64,000 nucleotides of DNA from Eledone cirrhosa (taxonomy: Eukaryota). The notes below the pieces were generated by a model. The model saw only the letters and a program-made list of their open reading frames with translations, was not told where the DNA came from and did no database searches. Positions 1-13,940 of this stretch are shown piece after piece. Both the position numbers and the translations under genes were made by a program. Location: positions 6,076,001-6,140,000 of the forward strand of contig OZ024760.1 of NCBI GenBank assembly GCA_964016885.1, in the 5' to 3' direction. Each line of letters starts with the position of its first letter. The first letter of the stretch is position 1.

Positions 1-335
1 GCACAGCTTTCTGTTAACATAAGTCTCAGGGAGATTCAACGTGACACAGTGTGACAAGGCTGGCCCCTTTTAATTACAGGTACAATTCATTTATTTGTTG
101 TACAGACGCTACCAAATCTTCCAATAGTTTGAACAATGGACCAGCCTGCTTTTTAAATAAATTAACATACAGTAGGCTGAACTTACCACAGATATGTGCA
201 CTTTTGACGTAACTCTCAGGAAGATTTAGCATGACACAGTCTGACAAAGCTCTTTGAATTTATAAGGGCAGCCAATTTCTGCCAGCTGAGTGAACACTGG
301 AGCAACATGAAATAAAGTGTCTTGTTTAAGATGCC
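1..335 (-). mobile_element. Degenerate CORE-like SINE fragments (two partial copies)
   Basis: The motif tctcaggg(a)agattc/tagc/acgtgacacag...tgacaa occurs twice. The tract ggagcaacatgaaataaagtgtcttg matches the reverse complement of the SINE core seen at 3655-3700. Confidence 0.5.
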
Positions 336-904
336 CACCAATATATAGGCTACAGTCTAATGCCTGAACTAGTAAAAATTTAAAATTAAGATTAACATTT
401 GAATAAAATGAAAAACAAACAAACAAAAGGTTAAAAAAAAATCTCCTTAAATTACATGTTTATCAAATTGATCTTGTTAAAACTATATAAATAAATGGCC
501 ATTTTTATAATATCATCTTAGAAGCAAAGATAAAATTAAGATTTTTATGCAAAATTGAAAACAAGATAACAAAGCGCCAAAAACAGCACAAAAAAGTACC
601 AAAGACAGTATCAAAAACAACTGTGGTGTTCTCTTTAACATGCAAACGTTAAGCTTTGTAAATGAACTATTAAAATTTATAAATTTTTAAAGTAATTTTT
701 TTATAATTTTTTTTTTCATTATTTTTTTTTTTCTTCAAAAACTTAAATGAATTCAGAACTAGAATTTAATGAGTGTTTGACAAATAATTCATAGGTTGTT
801 TGTGAGAATATGGCAACCATATCTTGCTCCTCTGCTATGCTATCTGAATTATATTGAAAGATTATCTTCTATTATAATGAAACGATATTGTGGCCATTTT
901 GTTG

Positions 905-2222
905 CTGTGTGTGTGTGTGTATGTATGTGTGTGTATGTGTGTGTGTGTGTGTGGTTTTAATTTTATCATTATCATCATCATTAATATCATCTCCATCATC
1001 ACTTTCTTTTTGTGTGTGTGTGTATATGTGTGTGTCTGTATGTTCTTATTTTATCGTCATCATCATCATCAATATCATCACCATCGTCATTTTCTTTGTG
1101 TGTATGTGTATGTGTGTGTGTGTATGTGTCTGTGTCTGTATGTTTGTGCCTGTGTATGTTCTTATTTTATCATCATCATCATCATCATCATCATCATTTT
1201 CTTTGTGTGTGTGTGTGTGTGTGTGTATGTGTCTGTGTCTGTGTATGTTCTTATTTTATCGTCATCATCGTCATCATCAATATCATCACCATCATTTTCT
1301 TTGTGTATGTCTGTGTGTCTGTGTGTTATCATTTTATTATTATCATCATTAATATCTTCGTTATTATTATCATCATTATCATCGTTATTATCTCCATTGA
1401 TATCACCACCATTAATATTATCATTATTACCATCATCACCATCATCACCATTAATATCATCACCATCATCATCATCATCATCGTTATTATTACCATTATC
1501 ATCATCATCATTATCATCACCATCAATATCATCACCATCAATATCATCACCATCAATAATATCATTATCATCATCGTTATCATCATCATCATCATTGTTA
1601 TTATCACCATTAATATTATCATCATCATCATTGTCATCATAACCATTAATATTGTTATTATTATTATCATCACCATCATTGTTATCATCACCATCAATAT
1701 CATCATCATCATCAATATTGTTATCACCATCAATATCATCATCATCATCATCATCAATATCATTATTATCACCATCAATATCATCATCATCATCAATATC
1801 ATCATCATCAATATCGTTATCATCACCATCAATATCGTTATCATCATCAATATCGTTATTATCACCATCAATATCATCATCATCATCAATATCGTTATCA
1901 TCATCAATATCGTTATCACCATCAATATCATCATCATCATCAATATCGTTATCATCAATATCATCATCATCATCAATATCATCATCATCATCAATATCGT
2001 TATCATCATCAATATCGTTATCACCATCAATATCATCATCATCATCGTTATCATCACCATCATCATCATCATCATCGTTATCATCACCATCAATATCATC
2101 ATCATCAATATCGTTATCATCACCATCAATATCATCATCATCATCAATATCGTTATTATCACCATCAATATCATCATCACCATCAATATCATCATCATCA
2201 TCAATATTGTTATCATCATCAC

Positions 2223-2271
<49 letters not shown>

Positions 2272-2272
2272 T
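905..2272. repeat. Compound microsatellite: (TG)n/(ATC)n blocks, then a long (ATC/ATT/AAT)n tract
   Basis: Read directly. It explains the low-complexity ORFs at 888-2413. Confidence 0.95.
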
Positions 2273-2522
2273 CATAAAACGAGGAATAAAATTTCAACAT
2301 TAAAAATGAAATTTGAATTTTGGTCTCCAATAAACGAGAGATTGCTACGCCCTACTTTTGGATGTTTCCCCTACAACGGGTGGGGGCTAGTTCAACAGTT
2401 GAATATGCAATGAGGTCCCAGTAGGGAAGGGGTAGGGGAGGTAGGGGGGAAGGAGGTTTGTGGTGTCATTTTAATATGTGTACACATAGTTATTCTCACC
2501 CCCCCCCCCCCACACACACACA

Positions 2523-3104
2523 CACCACCACCAACATCACCACCACCACCTCCATCATCATCACCACCATCACCACCATCACCACCAACACCACCATCAC
2601 CACCACCATCACCACCACCACCACCATCACCATCACCACCACCATCACCACCATCACCATTACCACCATCATCACCACCACCATCACCACCATCACCACC
2701 ACCACCACCACCATCATCAAATTGATGATGGTGGTGGTGGTGGTGGTGATGGTGGTAATGGTGATGGTGGTGATGGTGGTGGTGGTGGTGATGGTGATGG
2801 TGGTGGTGATGGTGGTGGTGGTGATGGTGGTGGTGATGGTGGTGGTGGTGGTGGTGATGGTGGTGGTGATGGTGGTGGTGGTGGTGGTGGTGGTGATGGT
2901 GGTGGTGGTGATGGTGGTGGTGGTGGTGATGGTGGTGGTGGTGGTGGTGTTGGTGGTGATGGTGGTGGTGATGGTGGTGGTGATGGTGGTGGTGATGGTG
3001 GTGTTGGTGGTGATGGTGGTGGTGATGGTGGTGGTGGTGGTGGTGGTGGTGGTGGTGATGGTGGTGGTGGTGGTGGTGGTGGTGATGGTGGTGGTGGTGG
3101 TGAT
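2523..3104. repeat. (ACC/ATC)n abutting its reverse complement (GGT/GAT)n: foldback trinucleotide repeat
   Basis: The centre ccatcatcaa-a-ttgatgatgg at 2711-2731 is an inverted repeat with a 1-nt spacer. Confidence 0.9.
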
Positions 3105-3289
3105 GAGAATAACTGTTAACATGGTTCTTATATAAAATTATGTTGAAAGGTTTAATATATACATTTTATATACACACGATATATACACACGATATATACA
3201 CTTTATATGCACATGATATATATACTTTATATACACATCATATATACACACGATATACACACTTTATATACACATGATATTTTAGGAAT

Positions 3290-3501
3290 GATCGACTTTC
3301 GTCAAATCGGACCGAGGGAACAATGTTTCCGTTGGTCTTTCCAATTGCTAATACTATCTATCGGTCGCCACTCCAGGTAGAAGGAGCAACGTGAAATAAA
3401 GTGTCTTGCTCAAGGACATAACGCATCGCCTGGTCCAGGAATCGAACTCACAACCTTACGATTGCGAACCCAATTCTCTAACCGCTCAGCCACACGCCTT
3501 C
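3290..3501 (-). mobile_element. tRNA-derived CORE-like SINE
   Basis: The reverse complement has an A box (tggctgagcgg), a B box (gagttcgattcc) and the core gtccttgagcaagacactttatttcac. Related copies lie at ~4095-4225 and ~4330-4537. Confidence 0.75.
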
Positions 3502-3573
3502 ACTAATATATAAACTTTATATACACATGATATATAAACTTTATATACAAACGATGTATACACTTTATATATA

Positions 3574-3960
3574 GGAGGTACATGGCTTAGTGGTTAGAGC
3601 ATTGGCCTTGCTATCGAAAGGTTGTGAGTTCAATTCTCAGACTGGGTGAAGTGTTGTTTCCTTGAGCAAGACACTTTATTTCACATTGCTCCAGTTTACT
3701 CAGCTTTAGAAATGAGATGATAGGGACTGGGGTCCCTATCATTCCACTGCAAAGTGGTCGTGGAGGTGCCACGGCAAAAAAGGACCCAGCCCACACTGTA
3801 AAGTGGATGTGTAGGCGCCACGGAAAAAAAAAGCACCCTGCCCACACTGTAAAGGAGGTTGGTGTTAGCAAGGGCATCCAGCTGTAGAAATCAAGCCAGA
3901 ATCAGTTCCCGTCCCACCCTTGCAAGCAGGGAAAAGCGGACGTAAAATGATGATGATGAT
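3574..3960 (+). mobile_element. Full-length tRNA-derived SINE with CORE-like domain, two 48-bp modules and an RTE-type (ATG)n tail
   Basis: A box tggcttagtgg, B box gagttcaattct and core ccttgagcaagacactttatttcac are present. The 3' end cccacccttgcaagcagggaaaagcggacgtaaaa(tga)n is identical to the LINE end at ~51956-52005. Confidence 0.85.
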
Positions 3961-4564
3961 ATACACCTTATATACACACGATATATACACTTTATATACA
4001 CACGATATATGATGATGTCCAATGGAAAGGCAAAAGCCAATACAACTTTACATCGGTGTCATCACAATTGTGTTTTTCTTTTGCTTTTTCCAGCAGAGTG
4101 GTCTTGAGCAATTTGAAATAAAGTTTCTTGTTCAAGGAAACAATGGGCTACCCTATGCAGTAAACAAACTCACAACCTTACAATCCTGACACCAACACAC
4201 TAACCACTAAACGATACACCTTCACTGTCTTTGTTTAGGTAGATGTAAATAATGTACAATATTTTCTAGTATTTTTTTTCCATTTTTTTTTAAAAAAAGA
4301 TCCCCAGATCTCATTCACTTACTGAATGAGGGTGAAGTTTGTTGAATTGGAGCAAGGAACCAGTCTTTCCATTGGTCTTTCCATTGCTGATACTATCTAT
4401 CAGTTGCAACTCCTAGCAGAAAGAGTAACGTGAAATAAAGTGTCTTGCTCAAGGACACATCACCCCAGTCCAGGAATCGAACTCACAATCTCATGATTGT
4501 GAATCCAATTCCCTAACCACTAAGCCATGCACCTTCACTATCTTTATCTTAGATAGATGTAAAT

Positions 4565-4940
4565 AATGGTTTCTGCTTTTGGCACAAGGCCAGCAATTAC
4601 CCCAGTGCATTACTGGTGCTTTATTTTATCGACCCTGTAAAGATGAAAGACAAAGTTAACCTTGGTGGGATTTGAATTCAGAACGTACGTAAAGGGCCAT
4701 AACTCTATGCATCTACCGATACTGCCAAATGGTTTCTGATTTAGATCAACAATTTTGGGATGGATGAGGGACGTCAAAGTCGATCAAATCAAGCCCAGTC
4801 CATTACTGGTACTTTATTTTATCAAACCAGTAAGGATGAGAGGTAAAGTTCACCTTGGCGAGATTTGAACTCAAAACATAAAGGGACATGACTGTATGCC
4901 TCAAAGCATGGTGTTCGACACTCTACCGATTCTAGCAATA
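4565..4940 (-). mobile_element. Two Meta-like tRNA-derived SINE copies
   Basis: Reverse complement of ccgaggttgactttgcctttcatccttacggggtcgataaaataaagtaccagt, which resembles the MetaSINE/Sauria central domain (recalled, not searched). Confidence 0.7.
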
Positions 4941-4946
4941 TAGATG

Positions 4947-5099
4947 TACCGTGTATACTCAAATATAAGCTGACACCTCCTTCCTTATTTTGTATGCTTA
5001 GGTGGTAAATATAAGCTCCCCTCCCCCCACCTTCATTTTACCATCGATTTTTTTTTTTTTGGTTACATATTCCTCAGCTTATATTCTAGTATATCCGTT
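4947..5099. mobile_element. Putative Tc1/pogo-type MITE
   Basis: Imperfect TIRs taccgtgtatactcaaatataagctga ... tcagcttatattctagtatatccgtt. Confidence 0.5.
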
Positions 5100-5282
5100 T
5101 AATAATGTAATATATTTGCTATTATTAGTTACTAGTAACTTTACTAGTTTTCCATTACTAGCTAGCTAATAACTTCATTTTGGTAGCTGTTCATCTTTAA
5201 AGAATACAAACACACACACACACGCACGCGCACACACACACATATATACATACACAGATATATATATATATATACAGATATA

Positions 5283-5322
<40 letters not shown>

Positions 5323-5559
5323 TATATATAATATATAGTTATTTATTTTCACCATTTTTCTGGTACTGGCATCCTTCATAACAGAATTTTTCCCTTGCTC
5401 AATGTTTTGGGAAGAAACGGTTTCTTTTATTTTGTGATCTTGTGTATATGATGTAAGTTTCATTATTATTATTATGTCAGTAGCTCTGGACAGAAATTCC
5501 TTTAAAGAATTATTACATCTTATCTATCAACTACTTCACACGTTAGAACACACTACAGA

Positions 5560-7710
<2,151 letters not shown>

Positions 7711-8009
7711 TTGAAAGAAAATCTATTAAAAAAGGTATTGCTATCTCACTATCTATATAAGCTACCAATTGGTTTACAAATATAGGAATAAACACTTTGA
7801 CCAAACTCTGAGTAAATAATCTAAAAACTAGTTTTGTTCTTGTGTTTTGTTTTAGAACATATTGCAGAAGATATAATATAGTATTTTTAGTATTTTCATC
7901 TGGAGATAACTTTGGTCTTTTATATATGTTTGTGTATATGTGTTTATATATGTCTGTATATGTGGTATATATATATTTATGTATGTGTATATATATATAT
8001 TAATATATA

Positions 8010-8040
<31 letters not shown>

Positions 8041-8044
<4 letters not shown>

Positions 8045-8457
8045 GCAGAGGTTATATTTAATTTGTTGGGATTCAACAAGCTTAAACATTTTTTTATAAC
8101 TGATATAAAGCACTCAACAGATAAGTGGAGTAAATATACAATATATTAACAAATGGAAACTATATTTATAAAACCATATTTATTTTATTATACATATTTC
8201 AAGGACCACCAAGGCAAATTATGGTGCGCTTTCATCAGATATTCTGTATTATATTTTATATGATGAAAGTGCACCATAATCTGCCTTGGTGGCCCTTGAA
8301 ATATGTATAATAGAATAAATATGGTTTTATAAATATAGTTTCCATTTGTTAATATATTGTATATTTACTCCACTAAACTGTTGAGTGCTTTATATCAGTT
8401 ATAACATTTTTTTAAAGCTTTTTGAATCCCAACAAATTAAATATAACCTCTGCATAT
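8041..8457. mobile_element. Foldback (palindromic) hammerhead-bearing element, family A, copy 1
   Basis: Inverted arms of ~200 bp run from atatgcagaggttatatttaatttgttgggattc to gaatcccaacaaattaaatataacctctgcatat, with (TA)n on both sides. Homologous to 41383-41761 and 53202-53599. Confidence 0.85.
8181..8241 (-). ncRNA. Type I hammerhead ribozyme motif (family A, stem I shortened)
   Basis: Minus strand reads tat-CTGATGA-aagcgcacca...tggtggtcctt-GAAA-tatgta-TA-ataaaata. The mirror copy on plus (8252-8317) has ATGATGA, so its core C3 is mutated. Confidence 0.55.
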
Positions 8458-9069
8458 ATATATATATATATATATATTGTCTGCAATGTGTGTGTGTGTA
8501 TATATGTATATATATCACCATCATCATTTTACGTCCATTTTCCACGCTAGCATATATATATATATGAAAGCAACTGGTGCGTGTGTTTCTTATTGGCAAC
8601 ATGACCCTCCCAAAGTATAACAATATATTAAGACTATTTTCCTACTATATCAAGTGGTAAACTAATATATTTCTTCATTGTATTGAGTCGTTTGCTTTGT
8701 TATATCTTTTGCACATAGGTATGTGTGTATGTATGTATGTATGTATGTATGTATGTATGTATGTATGTATGTATGTATGTATGTATGTATTTATGTATGT
8801 ATGTATGTATGTATGTATCTATAGTGTATTCCCAGTGAATGTTTTGGTTGCCGACTCTGTGCAAGACATTTTAGATCATTGGCTGGGCTAAAAAGCCACA
8901 TTCGATCACAGCGCTGTTAGTTGCTATCGTGTGTGTGTGTGTATAGATATGTTTATGTGTGTGCGTATATATATATGTATATGTATATTATTTTTGTTGT
9001 TGTTGTCATTATTATTATTGTTGTTGTTATTATTATTATTGTTATTAATATATGTGTATGTATATATAT

Positions 9070-9300
9070 ATATGTGTAGTAAAAAATTGAACGGGAACAA
9101 AACAGAGAGGCAGTACGAACAAAGGTTTATTAGTTTCACGCTCTTGAGAGTGGGGTGGTGGTGGGGAACGACGTTTCGGGCATAAGCCCTTCTTCAGGCG
9201 AAAAGTGTGTGGGAAGAGAGTTCCAAGGGTGTGTAGGGGAGTGGTGGAGAGACATATAGAAAAAAGGGGGTGAGAGGAAACGGTACAAATGAAATTAAAT
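9070..9300 (-). mobile_element. Penelope-like pLTR fragment (family B)
   Basis: A minimal hammerhead is followed on the minus strand by AATAAA (9126-9131) and then a (TA)/(CA) tract. Boundaries are approximate. Confidence 0.55.
9167..9200 (-). ncRNA. Minimal type I hammerhead ribozyme motif (family B)
   Basis: Minus strand reads cgc-CTGAAGA-a-gggc-ttat-gccc-GAAA-cg-TC-gtt. Stem II is perfect, stem III is the palindrome ACGT, and stem I is weak. Confidence 0.65.
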
Positions 9301-9395
9301 ATAAAAGCATAATAAAAATAAAAGTGTATATATATATTTCGTTTCTGAATTTGTTTAGCAAGATTCTTTATCTGAAATCGTGTGTTGAAACCGAT

Positions 9396-9685
9396 ATTGT
9401 TATACTTTGGGAGGGTCATGTTGCCAACAAAATGGCGTAGGATAGAAGAAAGGAAAGGCACAGAAACGAAGAAAGAAATCCCCAGTCACTGAAGAGGTCA
9501 CAGAGTGTGTGACGAAAGAACTATGACTATATATATATAAACAAATATCTGGTTGTGGAACCAACCAACCAACCAGAAATTTATAAATTTGTAAATTTAT
9601 AAATATATAATAAATTAAATTGAAGTGAAAGCAACTGGTGCGTGTGTTTCTTATTGGCAACATGACCCTCCCAAAGTATAACAAT
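9396..9685 (+). mobile_element. 290-bp element with perfect 32-bp terminal inverted repeats and an internal hammerhead (family C)
   Basis: attgttatactttgggagggtcatgttgccaa (9396-9427) is the exact reverse complement of 9654-9685. A solo right end lies at ~8565-8625 and a diverged reverse copy at ~36305-36560. Confidence 0.75.
9484..9528 (+). ncRNA. Type I hammerhead ribozyme motif (family C)
   Basis: agtca-CTGAAGA-g-gtcaca-gagtg-tgtgac-GAAA-gaac-TA-tgact gives a 5-bp stem I, a 6-bp stem II and a 2-bp stem III. Confidence 0.75.
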
Positions 9686-9722
9686 GTATATATATATATA
9701 TATGTATGTATGTGTGTGTGTG

Positions 9723-9754
<32 letters not shown>

Positions 9755-10184
9755 ATTTTATTTTTTTATTTATTTGTTATTATCATTTTTTTTCCTCATG
9801 CAATGGCCATACTCGATAACGAGGGGGCAGCCATCATAGCGTATGTATGTATGGAGGTATGTAATGTATGTATATATATAGTGTATGTATGTATGTGTGT
9901 GTACGTAAGATAAATGTCTTGTTTCATAAGATCTTTTATGCTTTTATGTGAGACTACAATTATGAAGCAATCTAAAGTGAAAAACTGAAAAACCGAAGAG
10001 ACTCGGTGGAGTTTCTTAGTTGCTAAAGAAATCAATGTCTCGGGGAGATTATTAGAAATAAAGTTTGTGTGTAAACACCGGAAATATCAAAGTGATACGA
10101 TAGAATCCATGGACACTGGTTATTGTCCGGGTCAGCAAATATTAAGTACAAACAGTTCACTTAGTGAGAATAAGGTGGAGGTGG

Positions 10185-10286
10185 AAGTAGAGGGAGAGAG
10201 AGGGGGGGATCTGGTGTATATTAGCAAGGAAGTGCAGAGATGTATGTATGTATATATATGTGTGTGTGTGTGTGTGTATGTATGTT

Positions 10287-10332
<46 letters not shown>

Positions 10333-10485
10333 TATGTATATATATGTGTGTGTGTGTGTGTGTGTTTGTATGTATGTGTGTGTGTGTGTGTGTGTGTGTT
10401 TGTATGTATGTATGTATATATGTGTGTGTGTGTGCGTAAGTAGAGAGATCTGGTGTATATTAGCAAGGAAGTGCAGAGATGTATG

Positions 10486-10518
<33 letters not shown>

Positions 10519-10531
10519 ATGTATGTTTGTA

Positions 10532-10562
<31 letters not shown>

Positions 10563-10569
10563 TTGTATG

Positions 10570-10602
<33 letters not shown>

Positions 10603-10677
10603 ATGTATGTTTGTATGTGTGTGTGTGTGTTTGTATGTATATATATATGTGTGTGTGTGTGTGTGTTTGTATGTATG

Positions 10678-10714
<37 letters not shown>

Positions 10715-11475
10715 GTAGAGAGATCTGGTGTATATTACTTATAAAGCACAGAAAAGATGTATGTATATGTGTGTGTGTATGCATGTATGTATGTGTGTGT
10801 GTGCGTGTATGCATAGAAGTAGAGAGAGAGGGGGAGAGATCTGGTGTATATTAGTTATAAAGCACAGAAAGGTATGTATATATGTGTGTGTGTGTATGTA
10901 TGTGTGTGTATGCATGTATGTATGTGTGTGTGTGCGTGTATGCATAGTAGAGAGAGGGGGGGGGCTGGTGTATATTAGCCAGGAAGCACAAAGATGTATG
11001 CATGCATGTGTGTGTATGCATGCATATATGTGTGTGTGTGTGTATGCATGCATGTGTGTGTATGCATGCATATGTGTGTGTGTGTATGCATGCATGTGTG
11101 TATATGCATGCATATATGTGTGTGTGTGTATGCATGCATGTGTGTGTGTATGCATGCATGTGTGTGTGTATGCATGCATATGTGTGTGTGTATGCATGCA
11201 TGTGTGTGTATGCATGCATATGTGTGTGTGTATGCATGCATGTGTGTATGCATGCATATGTGTGTGTGTGTATATGCATGCATATATGTGTGTGTGTGTG
11301 TGTGTGTATGTATGCATGCATGTATATGTGTGCGTGTGTGTGTATGCATGCATATACGTGTGTGTATGCATGCATATATATGTGTGTGCGTGTGTGTGTG
11401 TATGCATGCATATGTGTGTGCGTGTGTGTGTGTGCATGCATATGTGTGTGTGTATGTGTGTGTGCATGCATACAT
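10185..11475. repeat. Compound repeat: five ~45-bp anchors (gagatctggtgtatattagcaaggaagtgcagagatgtatg) separated by variable (TG)n/(TA)n/(TGCA)n
   Basis: Anchors lie near 10205, 10443, 10718, 10835 and 10962. Confidence 0.85.
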
Positions 11476-11879
11476 CAGGTGTGGTTGTGGAGGTTCATAA
11501 TTGAAACCAATCAGTTTTCTATCTTTGGGGCCAGGGACCAAACTATTTGTTACCTTCCAGGGTCCTCTAGGGTAACACTGTCAGTATCTATTCTGTCTGC
11601 CGCTAGGACCACGAGAGGGCATACTCCTGGGGTTTCTCTATGTCGCAGAGGCAGAGCAGATGAACAATGTGTGTGTGTGTGTGTGTGTGTATGTTTTTTT
11701 TTTGTTGGCCACTACAATCACACACACGCACACACACATCATCATTATTTTTACGTCTGCTTTGAATAAAGCAGGGCTTTAATACATAGATACACACATA
11801 CATACATTTGCTGTCCAGCCCATGCAAGCATGTAAAAACAGACATAAAACATTGATGATAATGATGATGATAATATATA

Positions 11880-12140
11880 TCATCATTTTACGTTCGCTTT
11901 TCCCTGCTTGCAAGGGTGGGACGGGAACTGATTCTGGCTTGATTTCTACAGCTGGATGCCCTTCCTAACACCAACCTCATTTACAGTGAGTGCTGGGTGC
12001 TTTTTTTCCGTGGCACCTCCACGACCACTTTGCAGTGGAATGATAGAGACCCCAGTCCCTATCATCTCATTTCTACAGCTGAGTAAACTGGAGCAATGAG
12101 AAATAAAGTGTCTTGTTCAAGGAATCAACACATCACCCAG
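11880..12140 (-). mobile_element. 5'-truncated copy of the 3574-3960 SINE family
   Basis: Reverse complement of the tail and body, nearly identical to 52560-52820. Confidence 0.85.
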
Positions 12141-12152
12141 CTACAAGCAAAC

Positions 12153-12843
12153 TATTGTTGGTACTGTGATACTGGTATGGTGGGATATATAGTCATATAT
12201 TGTTGGTACTGTGATACTGGTATGGTGGGATATAGTCACATATTGTTGGTACTGTGATACTGGTATGGTGGGATATAGTCACATATTGTTGGTACTGTGA
12301 TACTGGTATGGTGGGATATAGTCACATATTGTTGGTACTGTGATACTGGTATGGTGGGATATAGTCACATATTGTTGGTACTGTGATACTGGTATGGTGG
12401 GATATAGTCACATATTGTTGGTACTGTGATACTGGTATGGTGGGATATAGTCACATATTGTTGGTACTGGAATACTGGTATGGTGGGATATAGTCACATA
12501 TTGTTGGTACTGTGATACTGGTATGGTGGGATATAGTCACATATTGTTGGTACTGTGATACTGGGATGGTGGGATATAGTCACATATTGTTGGTACTGTG
12601 ATACTGGGATGGTGGGATATAGTCACATATTGTTGGTACTGTGATACTGGTATGGTGGGATATAGTCACATATTGTTGGTACTGTGATACTGGTATGGTG
12701 GGATATAGTCACATATTGTTGGTACTGGAATGGTGGAATAGTGGGATATAGTCACATATTGTTGGTACTGTGATACTGGTATGGTGGTATATAGTCACAT
12801 ATTGTTGGTACTGGAATACTGGTATGGTGGGATATAGTCACAC
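12153..12843. repeat. 43-bp minisatellite, ~16 copies (array 1)
   Basis: Unit atattgttggtactgtgatactggtatggtgggatatagtcac, with no spacers. Confidence 0.95.
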
Positions 12844-13940
12844 TTTCTCTATTCTGTTTGCTGCTGGGACCATAAGGTGACACACTCCTGGGGTTTCTCC
12901 ATGTCACAGAGTCAGAGAAGATGAATGGTGTGTGTGTTTGTGTGTGAATTTATGTGTGTTTGTGTGTGTGTTTGTGTTTTGTGTTGTTACTATAGGCCAC
13001 TACACTACTTACAAATACAACTACACGCTCATACAGCTACAAACTATTTGATTAAAGTACATTATTTTACCCTTGTGAGAATACTTGACAAAATGTAGGA
13101 AATATTTATATAAATAAACCAAATTACCAACATTATCTATAAACCTTATACTTTTATTTTAAAAAAAATTAGTTTTTTTTTTCGTTTTCATTTATTTTAT
13201 GTTGTTTATATTTTTATTTTGTATTTTTTTATACATTTTTTTTTTTTTTTTGGCGATATTAAATTTTCTTTATTCAGTAAATTAAATTATCCAGCTCCTG
13301 CTGGTATTCTAAAAGATAATAAAGAAAAATCAGAGAAAATGTTAACAAACAAACACACAAAAAAAAATGTTTGTCTCAGAATTTTAGTTATACCAAAATC
13401 CAATAGAATTGATTGATTTCCGATGTCTTTCACCCAAATTCAAAAACATATTTACATGTTGAGGATATTGAAAGATTTTTAACACTTTCTGGAGCTGTGG
13501 CTGTCTTAACATCATTTTCTCACATTGGTAGTGTGTGTGTGCGTTTGTCTGTGTGTATGTGTGTATCTATGTATGTGTGTGTCTATGTATGTGTGTGTGT
13601 GTGTGTGAGTCTATGTATGTGTGTGTCTATGTATGTGTGTGTGTGTGTGAGAGTCTATGTATGTGTGTGTGTGTGTGAGTCTATGTATGTGTGTGTCTAT
13701 GTATGTGTGTGTGTGTGTGTGAGAGTCTATGTATGTGTGTGTCTATGTATATGTGTGTGTGTGTGTGAGTCTATGTATGTGTGTGTCTATGTATGTGTGT
13801 GTGTGTGTGAGTCTATGTATGTGTGTGTCTATGTATGTATGTGTGTGTGTGTGTGTGAGTCTATGTATGTGTGTGTCAATGTATGCTTATGTGTGTATAT
13901 GTGTATCTCTCTGACTTTGCTTAAATTTCTCTCTCCCTCA

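Noticed and set aside
888-3135. Long low-complexity ORFs here and throughout (poly-I/S/V/T/H, CV, YI, HT)
   Set aside because: They are translations of di- and trinucleotide microsatellites, open in several frames and on both strands.
3574-3650. tRNA gene
   Set aside because: The A and B boxes run directly into a SINE core and tail found in many copies, so this is a SINE head.
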